Shown in pieces: positions 9,793-20,977 of a DNA stretch of 56,487 nt (positions within the stretch are counted from its first letter, which is position 1; each line of letters starts with the position of its first letter). The stretch is from Candidatus Eiseniibacteriota bacterium (GTDB lineage: Bacteria > Eisenbacteria > RBG-16-71-46). The stretch lies in assembly GCA_031366795.1 (NCBI GenBank), contig JANLOX010000065.1, forward strand, positions 1-56,487. The letters run 5' to 3'. The position numbers and the translations under genes were made by a program. The notes under the pieces are model-generated. The model was given only the letters and a program-made list of their open reading frames with translations. It did no database searches and was not told the origin of the DNA.

Positions 9793-11808
9793 TTGAACGA
9801 TCTTCGCGCCTGGACGGTCAAGGACTCGGCTTCGCTCTACAACATCGCGGGCTGGTCGAGCGGCTACTTCAAGATCAACGATGCCGGACACGTCGAAGTG
9901 ACCCCGTCGGGCCCCGAGGGACGCAGCGTCGATCTCTACGAGCTCGTCCAGGACGTGCAGCGCCGTGGACTGGGGATGCCGATCCTGATGCGCTTCTCGG
10001 ATATCCTGCATAGCCGCGTCAGCGCGCTGTTCGACTGTTTCGGCCGCGCCATCACCGAGTACGGCTACCGGGGCCGCTATCGTGGTGTCTACCCGATCAA
10101 GGTCAACCAGCAGCACCAGGTCGTCGAGGAGTTGGTGCGCTTCGGCCGCCCGTACGGGCTCGGCCTCGAGGCGGGCTCCAAGCCCGAGCTGCTCGCGGGT
10201 CTCGCGCTGCTCGACAGCCCCGACGCGCTGCTGATCCTCAACGGCTACAAGGACGTCGAGTACATGGAGACGGCCCTGCTTGCGCAGAAGCTCGGCCGCT
10301 ATCCGATCATCGTGATTGACCGCTACCGCGAGCTTGACCTGCTGCTCCAGGTGTCGCGCCGGCTCGGTATCCGCCCGCATATCGGCGTGCGCGCCAAGCT
10401 CACCACGAAGGGCGCCGGCAAGTGGATGGAGTCGACCGGTGACCGTTCCAAGTTCGGGCTGACCGCCACCGAGATCGTCCAGCTGATCGACAAGTTGCGC
10501 GAAGCGAACATGCTCGACTGCCTCGAGCTGGTGCATTTCCACATCGGCTCGCAGATCTCGTCGGTGCGTGCCATCAAGGACGCCATGCGCGAGGCCTCGC
10601 GCATCTACGTCGAGCTGTCGCGCGCGGGGGCGGGGCTCAAGTTCCTCGACGCGGGCGGTGGACTGGGCGTCGACTACGACGGTTCGTCCACGAACTGGCA
10701 GTCGTCGACCAACTACACCACGCAGGAATACGCCAACGACGTCGTCTCGGCGATCCAGGATGCCTGCGATGCGGCGGGCATCGCGCATCCCGACCTGATC
10801 ACCGAGTCCGGCCGCGCACTGGTGGCGCACCACTCGGTGCTGATCTTCAACATCCTCGACGTCAATGAAGTGATCGCCGGGCAGGTGCCGCCCCAGGCGG
10901 ACACCGACGACCATCCCGTGATCCAGCAACTCCTCGAAACCTGGCGCTCCGTCTCGCGCAAGAATTTCCAGGAGGCGTACCACGACGCGCTTCAGCTCAA
11001 GGAAGAGGCGACCAACCTGTTCAACTTGGGGCTGCTCGACCTGAAGGGCCGCGCCCGCGTGGAACAGATGTTCTGGGGTTGCTGCGAGGCGATCCTCAAG
11101 GTGATCCGCGAGCTCGACTACGTGCCGGACGATCTGGAAGGACTCGAAAAGGGTCTGGCTGATACCTACTATGGCAACTTCTCCGTGTTCCAATCGGCGC
11201 CGGATCACTGGGCGGTTCGCCAGCTGTTCCCGATCATGCCGCTTCACCGTTTGAACGAGCGCCCGTCGCGCCGCGGCGTGATCGCCGACTTGACGTGCGA
11301 TTCGGATGGCAAGATGGACCAGTTCATCGACCTGCGGGACGTCAAGACGGGACTCGAGCTGCATCCATTCGATGGCACGCCGTATTACCTCGGCGTGTTC
11401 CTCGTCGGTGCCTACCAGGAAATCCTCGGCGACCTCCACAACCTGTTCGGTGACACGAACGCCGTCCACATCGCGCTCGATGAGAACGGCTACCGCATCG
11501 ATCACGTGGTTGAAGGCGACTCGGTCACTGAAGTCCTGGGCTACGTCCAGTACCAGAAGCAGGACCTCGTCCAGCGCGTGCGCAAGGCCAACGAAGAAGC
11601 CCTCCGCCGCGGTCTCGTGACCTTCGAGGAGTCGGCGCTGCTGCTTCGCCGCTTTGAAGAGGGATTGTCCGGCTACACCTATCTCGAAGAAGAAGACATG
11701 CCCGGTGTGCTGAATGGATCGAACGGTGTCATCGCCGCCGTCTCATCGCACCCGCCGGTTGCGCCACGCGAAGCGCAGCCGGTTGCAGGGCCAGGCACGG
11801 CGCGTTAG
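9793..11808 (+). CDS. speA: Biosynthetic arginine decarboxylase
   Basis: YPIKVNQ (PLP Lys), LEAGSKPEL, HFHIGSQI, TESGRA, DLTCDSDG and GAYQEILG; TTG start with GAGGAG RBS. Confidence 0.97.
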   Translation: MNDLRAWTVKDSASLYNIAGWSSGYFKINDAGHVEVTPSGPEGRSVDLYELVQDVQRRGLGMPILMRFSDILHSRVSALFDCFGRAITEYGYRGRYRGVYPIKVNQQHQVVEELVRFGRPYGLGLEAGSKPELLAGLALLDSPDALLILNGYKDVEYMETALLAQKLGRYPIIVIDRYRELDLLLQVSRRLGIRPHIGVRAKLTTKGAGKWMESTGDRSKFGLTATEIVQLIDKLREANMLDCLELVHFHIGSQISSVRAIKDAMREASRIYVELSRAGAGLKFLDAGGGLGVDYDGSSTNWQSSTNYTTQEYANDVVSAIQDACDAAGIAHPDLITESGRALVAHHSVLIFNILDVNEVIAGQVPPQADTDDHPVIQQLLETWRSVSRKNFQEAYHDALQLKEEATNLFNLGLLDLKGRARVEQMFWGCCEAILKVIRELDYVPDDLEGLEKGLADTYYGNFSVFQSAPDHWAVRQLFPIMPLHRLNERPSRRGVIADLTCDSDGKMDQFIDLRDVKTGLELHPFDGTPYYLGVFLVGAYQEILGDLHNLFGDTNAVHIALDENGYRIDHVVEGDSVTEVLGYVQYQKQDLVQRVRKANEEALRRGLVTFEESALLLRRFEEGLSGYTYLEEEDMPGVLNGSNGVIAAVSSHPPVAPREAQPVAGPGTAR

Positions 11809-11857
11809 CACTGGCCCGCCGGAATCCGACACCACGCACTCGCATCCGGGACCTCAA

Positions 11858-14800
11858 ATGATCCGACGCACGACTGCGGCAATGTCCGTGGTGCTGGTCA
11901 TGTTGCTCGCAAGCCCCGGCGTCGCGCACGCGGCGGTCGTGAAGCCCGAGGGCCAGACACCGCATATAGGCGCCGCGGTGGTGCCGCGGGTTGTTGATTT
12001 CAACAGCCTGCCACGGCTCACCGCGCCCTATACCGGGCCGGTGATCGAGCGGCCCGAAGCCATCAACGAGGAAGCCGAGCGGGAGCTCAAACAGCTCAAA
12101 CAGCATCCTGCCGTGATCCTGCCGTCGCAACTCAGCCAGTTCACGCTGGATGGGACCTCGGCTGGCGTGCAGGTGCTTGCGCCAGTCGTGGGCACGGGAT
12201 TCGAGGGCATCACCCCGCACGGCTACATCCCCAGCGAGCCGACCGTCGCCGGGGGACCGCTCAATGTCTTCTCCGCCGGCAATGTCACGGTGACCGTCAC
12301 CAACCAGGATGGCGGCAACCGCGTCGAGACCAGCGGGCGCACGTTCTTCGGCGTGACGAGCGGGGAAGGCGACATCTCGGACGCCCAGTGTTACTACGAT
12401 GCCGTGCACGGCCGGTTCGTGGCGCTCGCCTTCACCATCGACACCGCACCGGTGGCCTACTCGAGCTTCTACCTCGCGATCAGCCAGACGACCGATGCAC
12501 GCGGGCTCTGGTACACCTACAAGTTCGACATGTCGAAGGATGGCACCGACCAGACTTCGAACTGGGGCGATTACCAGTCGCTCGGCATCAGTGAAGACAA
12601 GATTGCCTTCACGAGCCAGCAGTTCCGTTTCTCCGACAACAGTTACGCCTACCAGAAGATCCGCATCGTCGATCGCGTGCTCGCCTACTCCGGTGTGCCC
12701 GTCGGCTACGTCGACTTTACCCAGTTCAACGCGCCGTCTGGCCAGGGATCCGACGTGTTCGTCACCAAGGCCGGGCGCAACCTGACGGCGGGCGACAACG
12801 CGATTCACTGTTTGTGCGTGCGCACCAACGGTGGATCCAACGTGACCTACCGCACGGTGACCGGGCCGCCCTCATCGCCCGTGCTTGCCACCGGTTTCAT
12901 CGTGCCCGTCAGCCCCTACAGCGCGCCTCCAGACGCGATCCAGAAGGGGACCTCGTTCCACATCACCACCAACGATTGCAGGCCGCCCGACTTCTATATT
13001 CGCAACGGCGTCCTGGTCTGCGCCTGGCACACCGCCGTCACGATTGGCGGCATCGGGCTCTCCGGCATCCGCATGCTGGGGCTGCGCACGAGTGATCATG
13101 CCGTGCTCACGGATGAGACCTATGGCGCGGCGGGCGCGTACTGCTATTTCCCGGCCGTGACCGTCGATTCGGCGGGGACGATCTTCCTGGGGTTCGGCCG
13201 CTCGGGCACCAACGAGTTCCCGTCCGCCTACGCCACGGGCAAACGCCGCGGCGACTCGGCACTCGAGCCGAGTGTGCTGCTCAAGGCGGGCCAAACGTCG
13301 ACGAATGACACTCGCTGGGGCGACTACACCGGCATCGACAACGACGCGAGCCTGTCGGGACCAGGCGGATCGAGCGCCTGGTACGCGGGCCAGTGGGTGA
13401 AGTCGGGTGGTGGCTTCGGCACCTGGATCAATCGCTTCTCCTTCAGCTACGGCCAGGTCAGTGGTTCCGTGACCGACGACTGTGACGGCGCGCTGGGGAC
13501 GGCGGGGGACAGGCAGGCCGCCGCGGGCGTGACCGTGACGCTGATGCAAGGGGCGACGCCGGTCGCCACGACATCGACCAGTGCGACGGGCGCCTATGCG
13601 TTCGGCTACATCGAGAGCGGCACTTACGATGTCGTCGTGACGCCCCCCGGGGGCGCTCCGCTCGATGCCGTCGTGGGCAGTGGCGCCACGTCACAGACGC
13701 GCATCAGCGCTTCCGACATCCAGCTTAGCCTCACCGACACGCAGACGGCGGTGGCCGACAATTTCATCGTTTCCAGCGCGCATGCCGTGCCGGCGATCGC
13801 GACGGTCACGCCACCCACGCGCATCGTGGGCAGCGGGGCCTTCACGCTGACCGTCGCCGGTTCGAACTTCACGCGCTGCTCCACGGTTCAGCTCGACGGT
13901 TCGAATCGCGCCACGACATTCGTGAGCCCCTCGCAGTTGACGGCCGCGATCCCGGGGTCGGACCAGGCCACGACGGCGATTCACAACATCACCGTGGTGA
14001 CCCCCGCGCCTGCAGGCGGCACCTCGAACGCGAAGACGCTTACCGTACTGACCGGCACCGACGTCACGGCGCCCGTCGTCACCGTTAGTGCGCCGACCGG
14101 GGGAGAGTCCTGGCCCGTCGGCTCCGCGCACAACATCACCTGGAACGCCACGGACAACATCGGCGTGGCGAACGTCGACCTCGCCTATTCGATCAACGGC
14201 GGCGCGACCTTCCCCAATTCCATCGCACTGGCCATTCCCAACACGGGTACCTACGCCTGGACCGTGCCCGGCACACCCTCCACCACCGCCGGGGTGCGCG
14301 TGCGTGCGCGTGATGCCGACGGCAACATCGCAGCCGACTCGAGCCACGCGAACTTCACGATTTCAGGTTGGACGGTCACGGCGAGTGCCGGCCCCAACGG
14401 CGCGATTACGCCGGCCGGCGCGATCGGGGTGCCCGACGGTGCCACGCCCTCCTTTACCATTTCGCCCAACACGGGGTACGCCGTGCAGTCGGTGCTCGTC
14501 AATGGCGGATCGGTGGGCGTGATCACGAACTACACGTTCCCCGCAATCCATGCGAACCAGACCATCGCGGCGACGTTCGTCATCAAGCAGTACACATTGA
14601 ACGTCACGGCGGTGGGGAATGGCACCGTGTCGAAGTCGCCAGACCTCGCGCTTTACGATTACGGCACCGTCGTGACCCTGACGGCGAACCCGACCGCGGG
14701 GGCGAGCCTGCTCGGCTGGAGCGGCGACACCACCAGCACCACGAATCCGCTGACCTTCGTCATCACCAACAACAAGAACATCACCGCCACGTTCTACCAG

Positions 14801-17083
14801 CACATCTACAGCTGGACCGCGATCGCGTCAGCGGCGTGGGGTACGGCCACGAACTGGACGCCCTCGCGCACCGCACCCGCGGCCGATGACGTGTTGCAGT
14901 TCACCAACGGCGGCGCCGTGACGGTGACCGGCGTCACCACGCAGACCGTCGGCACACTGAAGGTCGCCAACAGCACCTCTGTTTCACTGGCGGCGACGGG
15001 GATCCAGACCCTGACGATCGCGGGTGCCGCAGGCACCGACCTGAGCGTAGCGGCCGGTTCCGCGCTGCGGCTGACGGGCTCGGGAGCGATCACGATCGCA
15101 TTGCCGGCGACCGCCACGGCCTCGATCTCGGGCAACTTTGACGCGCTGGGCAGCGGTCATCGCCTCTCGGCGCTCGGAACCACTGCCATCGAGTTCCAGT
15201 CCGGTTCGGTGGTCACGTTGGGGCCCTCCTTGAGTGGCAGCGTGTTCGGCACCGGCACGGGAGTGAGCGCGCTCAATTCGGTCGTGTTCCATAGTGGTTC
15301 ACTGCTGGCCCAGAGCGCCGGCGGGACACCGTTCGGGGCGACGTCCCCCAATAGCGTGCTCACGTTTGAGCCGGGCAGCCGGTTCCGCCTGGACAACGCG
15401 GTTGCCACGCCATCGATCGCGGGCCGCGTCTACGCCGACTATGAACACAACACCACGAGCTCGGTCACTGCGACGGGGGCCACGGCCTTCCGTATCGACA
15501 GCCTGATCGTCTCGAAGGGCTCGTTCAACCTGAACAGCACCGGTGGCGGCCAGGTTCGCGGCAACATCACAGTGAAATCCGGTGGCACCCTGGGACTCAA
15601 CCCCTCGAGTGCGACCGCGGACACGCTCAGTGGCGCCTCGACGCAGACCATCACCGTGCAAGGCAACCTCAATACCACTTCGTTCGCGAACCTCGTCATC
15701 AACAATCCGAGCGGTATCGTGCTGGCCAACAACCTGACGATCAGCGGCGGGATCACCTTCATCAGCGGGCGGCTCACGACGGGTGCCAACGTGCTCGGTC
15801 TGACCGGCGGCACGATCACGGGCGCCTCGCAGGCCAATGGCTACGTCGATGGCAGCCTGCGGCTCAATTTCGCGACCGACCCGGATACCGGCATGTTCGA
15901 CATCGGGGATGCCTCCGATTACACGCCGCTCACCGTGATCGTGAGCGGCACGGGCGCGGCGTTCGACATCACGGCACTCACGCACACGCACGACCACCCG
16001 AACATCGCCGCCTCGGGGCTTGACGCGGACCGCTCGGTCAATCGCTACTGGACCCTGATCTCATCGGCGTCCCCATCGTTCTCAAACTACACGTCTACTT
16101 TCAGCTACCGCGCCAGCCATATCGATCCTGCTGCTGACCCGAGTTCGTTCCTGGTGCGCCGCTACAATGGGGCGTGGTTCGCAACGACCATCGGCGCTCG
16201 CACGGCGACCAGCACTCAGGCGGGCGGCCTCACCGACTTTGGCGACTTCATCGTGGCTGATCCGCCGGCATACCCGTTGACGGTGAATATCAACGGTCTG
16301 GGTACCGTGGCAAAGAGCCCCGATCTGGCGTTCTACCCGGCGGGTTCGTCAGTCCAGCTCACCGCGACGCCATCCGCAGGATGGAGCTTCGCGAATTGGA
16401 GTGGTGATGCCTCTGGCAGCGTGAACCCGCTATCCGTGATCATGAGCGCGGCCAAGACGGTGAACGGGAATTTCACCGACACCGTGGGCCCCGCCGTCCT
16501 GGTGAGCGCGCCCAATGGCGGCGAGTCGTTCATCCACAACTCGACGACAAACGTGACCTGGACCGCGACGGATGACGTCGCCATCACCGGCGTCGACGTG
16601 CTGTTGTCGTACAACGGATCGGCCGGCCCGTTCGCCGCCGTGGCGTCCGGGCTCCCGAACACCGGCACGTACGTCTGGACCGTTCCCGATACCGCGACGA
16701 CGCATGCCATCATCGAAGTGCTCGCGCACAGCGCGCAGGGTTTGACCGGCGCGGACGTGAGCGACACGACGTTCACCATCGTCAAGATCGTCGGCGTCGA
16801 GAGCGGGCCAGCGGGGAACCTGGCACTCGCACCCGTTCATCCCAACCCCGTGCGTAACGGCGCCCTGATTGGCTTCACGTTGCCGGCCGCCCTATCCGCT
16901 CGCGTGAGCGTCATCGACCTGCAGGGCCGCGAAGTGGCGGTGCTGGCTTCAGGTGAGATGGCCGCAGGGCGGCACGAGGCGCGGCTTGAGGGTGGGCGCC
17001 AGGGGCTCGTGCCGGGGCTCTACTTCGCGCGGCTGCAGGTCGCGGGGCGAAGCCTGACGCGAAGGTTCGTGATCACGCGGTAA
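11858..17083 (+). CDS. Large secreted multidomain protein (propeller-like N-terminus, IPT/TIG, Ig-like and InlB-B-like repeats, T9SS-type C-terminal domain)
   Basis: Signal peptide; TLTVAGSNF IPT motif; two P.GGE..W Ig modules; two G.GTV.KSPD..Y..WSGD repeats; PNP..DLQGR..GLYFARL tail. Confidence 0.85.
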   Translation: MIRRTTAAMSVVLVMLLASPGVAHAAVVKPEGQTPHIGAAVVPRVVDFNSLPRLTAPYTGPVIERPEAINEEAERELKQLKQHPAVILPSQLSQFTLDGTSAGVQVLAPVVGTGFEGITPHGYIPSEPTVAGGPLNVFSAGNVTVTVTNQDGGNRVETSGRTFFGVTSGEGDISDAQCYYDAVHGRFVALAFTIDTAPVAYSSFYLAISQTTDARGLWYTYKFDMSKDGTDQTSNWGDYQSLGISEDKIAFTSQQFRFSDNSYAYQKIRIVDRVLAYSGVPVGYVDFTQFNAPSGQGSDVFVTKAGRNLTAGDNAIHCLCVRTNGGSNVTYRTVTGPPSSPVLATGFIVPVSPYSAPPDAIQKGTSFHITTNDCRPPDFYIRNGVLVCAWHTAVTIGGIGLSGIRMLGLRTSDHAVLTDETYGAAGAYCYFPAVTVDSAGTIFLGFGRSGTNEFPSAYATGKRRGDSALEPSVLLKAGQTSTNDTRWGDYTGIDNDASLSGPGGSSAWYAGQWVKSGGGFGTWINRFSFSYGQVSGSVTDDCDGALGTAGDRQAAAGVTVTLMQGATPVATTSTSATGAYAFGYIESGTYDVVVTPPGGAPLDAVVGSGATSQTRISASDIQLSLTDTQTAVADNFIVSSAHAVPAIATVTPPTRIVGSGAFTLTVAGSNFTRCSTVQLDGSNRATTFVSPSQLTAAIPGSDQATTAIHNITVVTPAPAGGTSNAKTLTVLTGTDVTAPVVTVSAPTGGESWPVGSAHNITWNATDNIGVANVDLAYSINGGATFPNSIALAIPNTGTYAWTVPGTPSTTAGVRVRARDADGNIAADSSHANFTISGWTVTASAGPNGAITPAGAIGVPDGATPSFTISPNTGYAVQSVLVNGGSVGVITNYTFPAIHANQTIAATFVIKQYTLNVTAVGNGTVSKSPDLALYDYGTVVTLTANPTAGASLLGWSGDTTSTTNPLTFVITNNKNITATFYQHIYSWTAIASAAWGTATNWTPSRTAPAADDVLQFTNGGAVTVTGVTTQTVGTLKVANSTSVSLAATGIQTLTIAGAAGTDLSVAAGSALRLTGSGAITIALPATATASISGNFDALGSGHRLSALGTTAIEFQSGSVVTLGPSLSGSVFGTGTGVSALNSVVFHSGSLLAQSAGGTPFGATSPNSVLTFEPGSRFRLDNAVATPSIAGRVYADYEHNTTSSVTATGATAFRIDSLIVSKGSFNLNSTGGGQVRGNITVKSGGTLGLNPSSATADTLSGASTQTITVQGNLNTTSFANLVINNPSGIVLANNLTISGGITFISGRLTTGANVLGLTGGTITGASQANGYVDGSLRLNFATDPDTGMFDIGDASDYTPLTVIVSGTGAAFDITALTHTHDHPNIAASGLDADRSVNRYWTLISSASPSFSNYTSTFSYRASHIDPAADPSSFLVRRYNGAWFATTIGARTATSTQAGGLTDFGDFIVADPPAYPLTVNINGLGTVAKSPDLAFYPAGSSVQLTATPSAGWSFANWSGDASGSVNPLSVIMSAAKTVNGNFTDTVGPAVLVSAPNGGESFIHNSTTNVTWTATDDVAITGVDVLLSYNGSAGPFAAVASGLPNTGTYVWTVPDTATTHAIIEVLAHSAQGLTGADVSDTTFTIVKIVGVESGPAGNLALAPVHPNPVRNGALIGFTLPAALSARVSVIDLQGREVAVLASGEMAAGRHEARLEGGRQGLVPGLYFARLQVAGRSLTRRFVITR

Positions 17084-17095
17084 CGAGAGCACGTC

Positions 17096-17737
17096 ATGTT
17101 CACCCGCCGCGAGTTGGACCAGCTCATTCTCGATGTCGAATTTGTGATCATCAGTGTCGTCCAGGGTGTCGCGCTGACGACGCTGGCCGTCGAGGCCCTG
17201 CCCATCCTGCGTGACCACCATACGGCGGGCTACGCCTTCGCCGCCTCGGGCCTGCTGTTCGTGCTGGCGTTCTGGTCGGCCGCCTTAATTCATGCGGTGT
17301 CGTTCGTGGCGTGGCCGATGGACCTGCCGCACTATTGCTTCTACTTCGCGCTCGGCCTGCTGGAGTGCCTGACCTTCGGCCAGATGGCCCGGCCCCGCGA
17401 TTGGTTCGGCTACTCGATCGCCTGCTATGTCATGAGCGGCGCCCTGTACGCCTACGACTATGCGTTGATCCGGGGGCGGCGCGCACTGTTCCAGAAGAGC
17501 GAAGCGCTCAAGCTGCTCTACGCCGACATGACCCGCCAGCAGCGCCGCGACCTGTTCGTATTCATGCCCTCAGGCCTCGCGTTCAATGCGATCGCTTACG
17601 CACTGGTGATCGTGGATCCCACACGAGGGGTGGTGCTGGCGTGGGTCCAGTTCGCGCTGACGGTTGCGTTCCTCGCCAACCTGGTGCGCGAGTTCTCGAG
17701 GCGCCAGCGGCTCATCACGGACAGCGCCGAGGGATAG
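17096..17737 (+). CDS. Multi-pass membrane protein, function unknown
   Basis: About 6 hydrophobic segments; starts 13 bp after the preceding gene. Confidence 0.75.
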   Translation: MFTRRELDQLILDVEFVIISVVQGVALTTLAVEALPILRDHHTAGYAFAASGLLFVLAFWSAALIHAVSFVAWPMDLPHYCFYFALGLLECLTFGQMARPRDWFGYSIACYVMSGALYAYDYALIRGRRALFQKSEALKLLYADMTRQQRRDLFVFMPSGLAFNAIAYALVIVDPTRGVVLAWVQFALTVAFLANLVREFSRRQRLITDSAEG

Positions 17738-17896
17738 CAGTTTCCGGGTGGCTGCGCCGCCGGTGATGGCGCGATGCCCTGCTGCCCACGCGGCGCCACC
17801 GTAGTGCTAGACTCCACGCCATCGATTGGGGAGCAGGCCCTGGCAATCTCCGCCGGACGCGCCCCTGCTGGCGCGCCCACCGCACGGGAGGCCTTC

Positions 17897-18142
17897 ATGG
17901 CCAAACGATTCATGTTCGTGTGCCTCGGGTTGCTCTGCCTGGTGTTCGCGTACCACTTGGGCGCCGGCAGTGCGCAGGCGCAATCCGGATCCGCGGGCAG
18001 GATCCAACTGATCACCGCCTCCGGCGATGACGCCTGGGTGGTCACGGAGAACGACGACATCTACCTGATCAAGGGCGGCGTGACGCCTTCCGTGGCGCAC
18101 GGGGACGGCTGGTCCAAGTACCGGCTGGGCGTCCTGCACTAA
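17897..18142 (+). CDS. Small secreted protein
   Basis: GGGAGG RBS; signal peptide ending AQA. Confidence 0.7.
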   Translation: MAKRFMFVCLGLLCLVFAYHLGAGSAQAQSGSAGRIQLITASGDDAWVVTENDDIYLIKGGVTPSVAHGDGWSKYRLGVLH

Positions 18143-18203
18143 GTCACCCGCGCCGCGCGCCCACGGCGGGACCGTCTGGGCGGTTCGGGACAGGGCCGCA
18201 CAT

Positions 18204-18243
18204 ACGAAAGCCCGCGGAGGCAACAGACCTCGCGGGCTTTCGT
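18204..18243. terminator. Bidirectional intrinsic terminator
   Basis: ACGAAAGCCCGCG ... CGCGGGCTTTCGT inverted repeat between convergent genes. Confidence 0.75.
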
Positions 18244-18273
18244 GTTGAATTCGAAATGTTCCTGAAGCAGCAA

Positions 18274-19149
18274 CTACGCCGTGACGATGACCAACTGGCG
18301 CACCTTGCGGAACTCGACCGGGTTGAGGATGTGCAGCTGCATCTTGCCGTCCGCGAGCTTGACCAGCTCGTAGCTGTCGGCCGGCTGCGCGCTGAGCACC
18401 TGAGCCTTGGCGGCACCCAGGTCGATCGTGGTCTCGGTGTCGGTATCGAGCGCGTTGAAGTTACTCGGATTCGGCACCGGAGCCGGCATCAGCGTCTTGC
18501 CCATGCCAAGCACGCCTCCCTTGGCGATGACCGCGCCCTTGGTCGAGAGATCCTTCTTGCTGCCGACGACGTAGTACACCGTCGCCAGCTCGCGACGCTT
18601 GCTCTCGATCGTCTGCTCGTTCACGGCGATCGTCTCCGCCTTCTGCTGGACTTCCGTCGACAGACCAGCGACCTGCGTCTGCAGCGAGTCGACACGACCC
18701 GACAGGTCCGCGACCATCTGCTCCTTCTCGGCGACTGAAGACTTGAGATTGGCGACCATGCGCTGCAGGCCCGCCATCTTGTTGCCGCTCGTCTTCAGGC
18801 TCGACTCGAGCTGGTGGATGCGCTCCTTGTTCCGCAGAATGCTTGAGCGCAGCAAGGCGATGCGATCGAGCGCATCGTTCTTGTCCGGGCCCGAGATCTG
18901 CCGCTCGGACGCCAGGGTGCGGGACAGCATGGCGACATTCTTGTCACCGACGGCGATCGCGCTCAGGCTGTCTTGGATCTCCGCGATGGCGTCGATGGTG
19001 CGCGCATAACGCGTCTGGGAGTCTTGCTCCGCGGCCTTCGAGGCGGCGTAAGCAAGCTGGGTATTGTGGTACTTCACGTACAACACGGTGGAGGCCACGA
19101 GCAGCACGGCCAGAGCGGCAAACAGCGCTACTTGAATGGGTTTACGCAT
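18274..19149 (-). CDS. Membrane-anchored coiled-coil protein resembling the Bacteroidota Cbp1-like family
   Basis: N-terminal TM, long heptad region, C-terminal YYVVGSKKDL..KG..GG.LG..LSAQP..SY..L.I..P..F pattern. Confidence 0.7.
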   Translation of the reverse strand: MRKPIQVALFAALAVLLVASTVLYVKYHNTQLAYAASKAAEQDSQTRYARTIDAIAEIQDSLSAIAVGDKNVAMLSRTLASERQISGPDKNDALDRIALLRSSILRNKERIHQLESSLKTSGNKMAGLQRMVANLKSSVAEKEQMVADLSGRVDSLQTQVAGLSTEVQQKAETIAVNEQTIESKRRELATVYYVVGSKKDLSTKGAVIAKGGVLGMGKTLMPAPVPNPSNFNALDTDTETTIDLGAAKAQVLSAQPADSYELVKLADGKMQLHILNPVEFRKVRQLVIVTA

Positions 19150-19701
19150 TGCTCCATCTCCTTCATTCGTTGTCCCCGCGACTGCCCGGCGACTAAGAGA
19201 GGTGGCTGCCCGCAGGCCTTGTGGGGCTCATCGCGAACAGAGCTGTTGGACGGCCACGACGATCGGGCCGTGCGCGGGCGAACCGTGTCACTCCATGGCA
19301 CCCGCTCCCTAGCTAGTACCACGGCGGGAGTGCATCGTGCTCAAAAAAAGTTGAAACGTCTCCCGATAGGGCAGCAATTCATGGCTTGATCGAACGCAAA
19401 TGCGAAAGAGTCGTCAAGAATTGCCGGTTGGGAAGGGTTACAGCCGCTGGTGATGGAGCAATCCGCGCACCAAGCCTGCCGCGCGGGCCGCCGGGGTCCA
19501 TGGGAGGACGCGGGGCCGGCTGCAACACACCGTGAATAGCGGCCGCGGCGCCACTTCACTTGGCGCTGACCACTGCGTCACGGCGCCCCGCACCGCGGGA
19601 TCCGTGCGACACGTTGTAACAATGGAGCGCCCAATTGCCTTGGCGTGACGCATCGATCGGCCGCGCTCAGGGTTGAGTGGCGTTGAGCTCCGCCGCTCCT
19701 G

Positions 19702-20958
19702 TCACGTGCTGCGCAATTCGCCCAGTCGTCGCTCGATGAAGCGCCGTTCGGGTTGCTGCTTCGCGAGAGTCAGGGCGCGCGCATAGGAATTGGCCGCCTC
19801 GGTATTCAGTCCGAGCCTGCGGCACAGCTCCGCGCGGGCCGAGTGTGCGAGGTGATAGCCGGCCAGGTCCCCGCGCGCGAGCAGCGCATCGATCAGCGCA
19901 AGTCCGGCCGCGGGCCCATCGCGCATGGCGATCGCGACAGCGTGATTGAGTTCGAACACCGGGGAGGCGTCGCGGCTCAGCAGCACATCGTAGAGTCCGG
20001 CGATCTGCGCCCAGTCCGTCTCGCTCGCCATGCGCGCCTCGGCGTGAACGGCGGCGATTGCCGCCTGCAGGGCATAGTGCCCAAAGCCGGGCGCGCCCAG
20101 GGCCAACTCGACGAGTGCTACTCCCTCGGCGATCTGCTCCTGGTTCCAGCGCCCGCGATCCTGGTCTTCGAGCAGCACGAGTTCACCCGCCATGCTCATG
20201 CGCGCCGGACGGCGCGACTCGTGCAGCAGCATCAGCGCCAGCAGGCCGCGCGCCTCGTTGGAGGGCAGCAGTTCGACGAGTAACCTGCCGAGACGGATCG
20301 CCTCGGTGGACAACTCCTGGACGGTGAGCGCATCGCCGGAAGAGGCGGAGTAGCCCTCGTTGAAGACGAGGTAGATGACGTGCAGCACGGCGGCAAGTCG
20401 GTCGGGAAGCTCGGCGCCCGTGGGCACCTGGTAGGGAATGCCCGCGTCGCGGATCTTTGCCTTGGCGCGAACGATTCGCTGCGCCACGGTCGAGGGGCTC
20501 GTGAGGAAGGCGTGCGCGACGGACTCCGTCGTGAGCCCGCACACTTCACGCAAGGTCAGGGCGATCTGGGCATCGGGCCGTAGCGCCGGATGGCAGCACG
20601 TGAAGATGAGCCGCAGCCTGTCCTCTTCGAACTCATCTTCGTGCGCCTGATGCCGCACGGAGGCACGCTCGGCGACGGTCTCCGCGATCGTGGCCAGCGA
20701 AGCGTCGAACCGTGCCCGGCGGCGCAGCGCATCGATCGCCTTGAAGCGCCCTGCCGAAACGAGCCAGGCGCGCGGGTTCGCCGGCACGCCCGATTGCGGC
20801 CACTGCGTGAGCGCAACCGCGAACGCATCGTGGAGCGCCTCCTCGGCGAGTTCGAAGTCGCCGAGAAGGCGGATGAGTGTGGCCAGCACGCGACGCGAAT
20901 CCGCACGGTAGACCTGGTCCACAATGTCGCGGACGCGCCCGCCGGCGGATTCGCTCAC
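19702..20958 (-). CDS. ECF sigma-70 factor with C-terminal TPR-like extension (ECF42 type)
   Basis: AEEALHDAF, PRAWL, LRLIFTCCHP, AQRIVRAK and YLVFNEGY; GGGGAGG RBS before GTG; adjacent DGPF gene. Confidence 0.92.
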   Translation of the reverse strand: MSESAGGRVRDIVDQVYRADSRRVLATLIRLLGDFELAEEALHDAFAVALTQWPQSGVPANPRAWLVSAGRFKAIDALRRRARFDASLATIAETVAERASVRHQAHEDEFEEDRLRLIFTCCHPALRPDAQIALTLREVCGLTTESVAHAFLTSPSTVAQRIVRAKAKIRDAGIPYQVPTGAELPDRLAAVLHVIYLVFNEGYSASSGDALTVQELSTEAIRLGRLLVELLPSNEARGLLALMLLHESRRPARMSMAGELVLLEDQDRGRWNQEQIAEGVALVELALGAPGFGHYALQAAIAAVHAEARMASETDWAQIAGLYDVLLSRDASPVFELNHAVAIAMRDGPAAGLALIDALLARGDLAGYHLAHSARAELCRRLGLNTEAANSYARALTLAKQQPERRFIERRLGELRST

Positions 20959-20977
20959 GATCGAAGCCTCCCCGTGC

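Noticed and set aside
9493-11505. 670-aa minus-strand ORF
   Set aside because: Antisense shadow of speA caused by high-GC codon bias; no motifs
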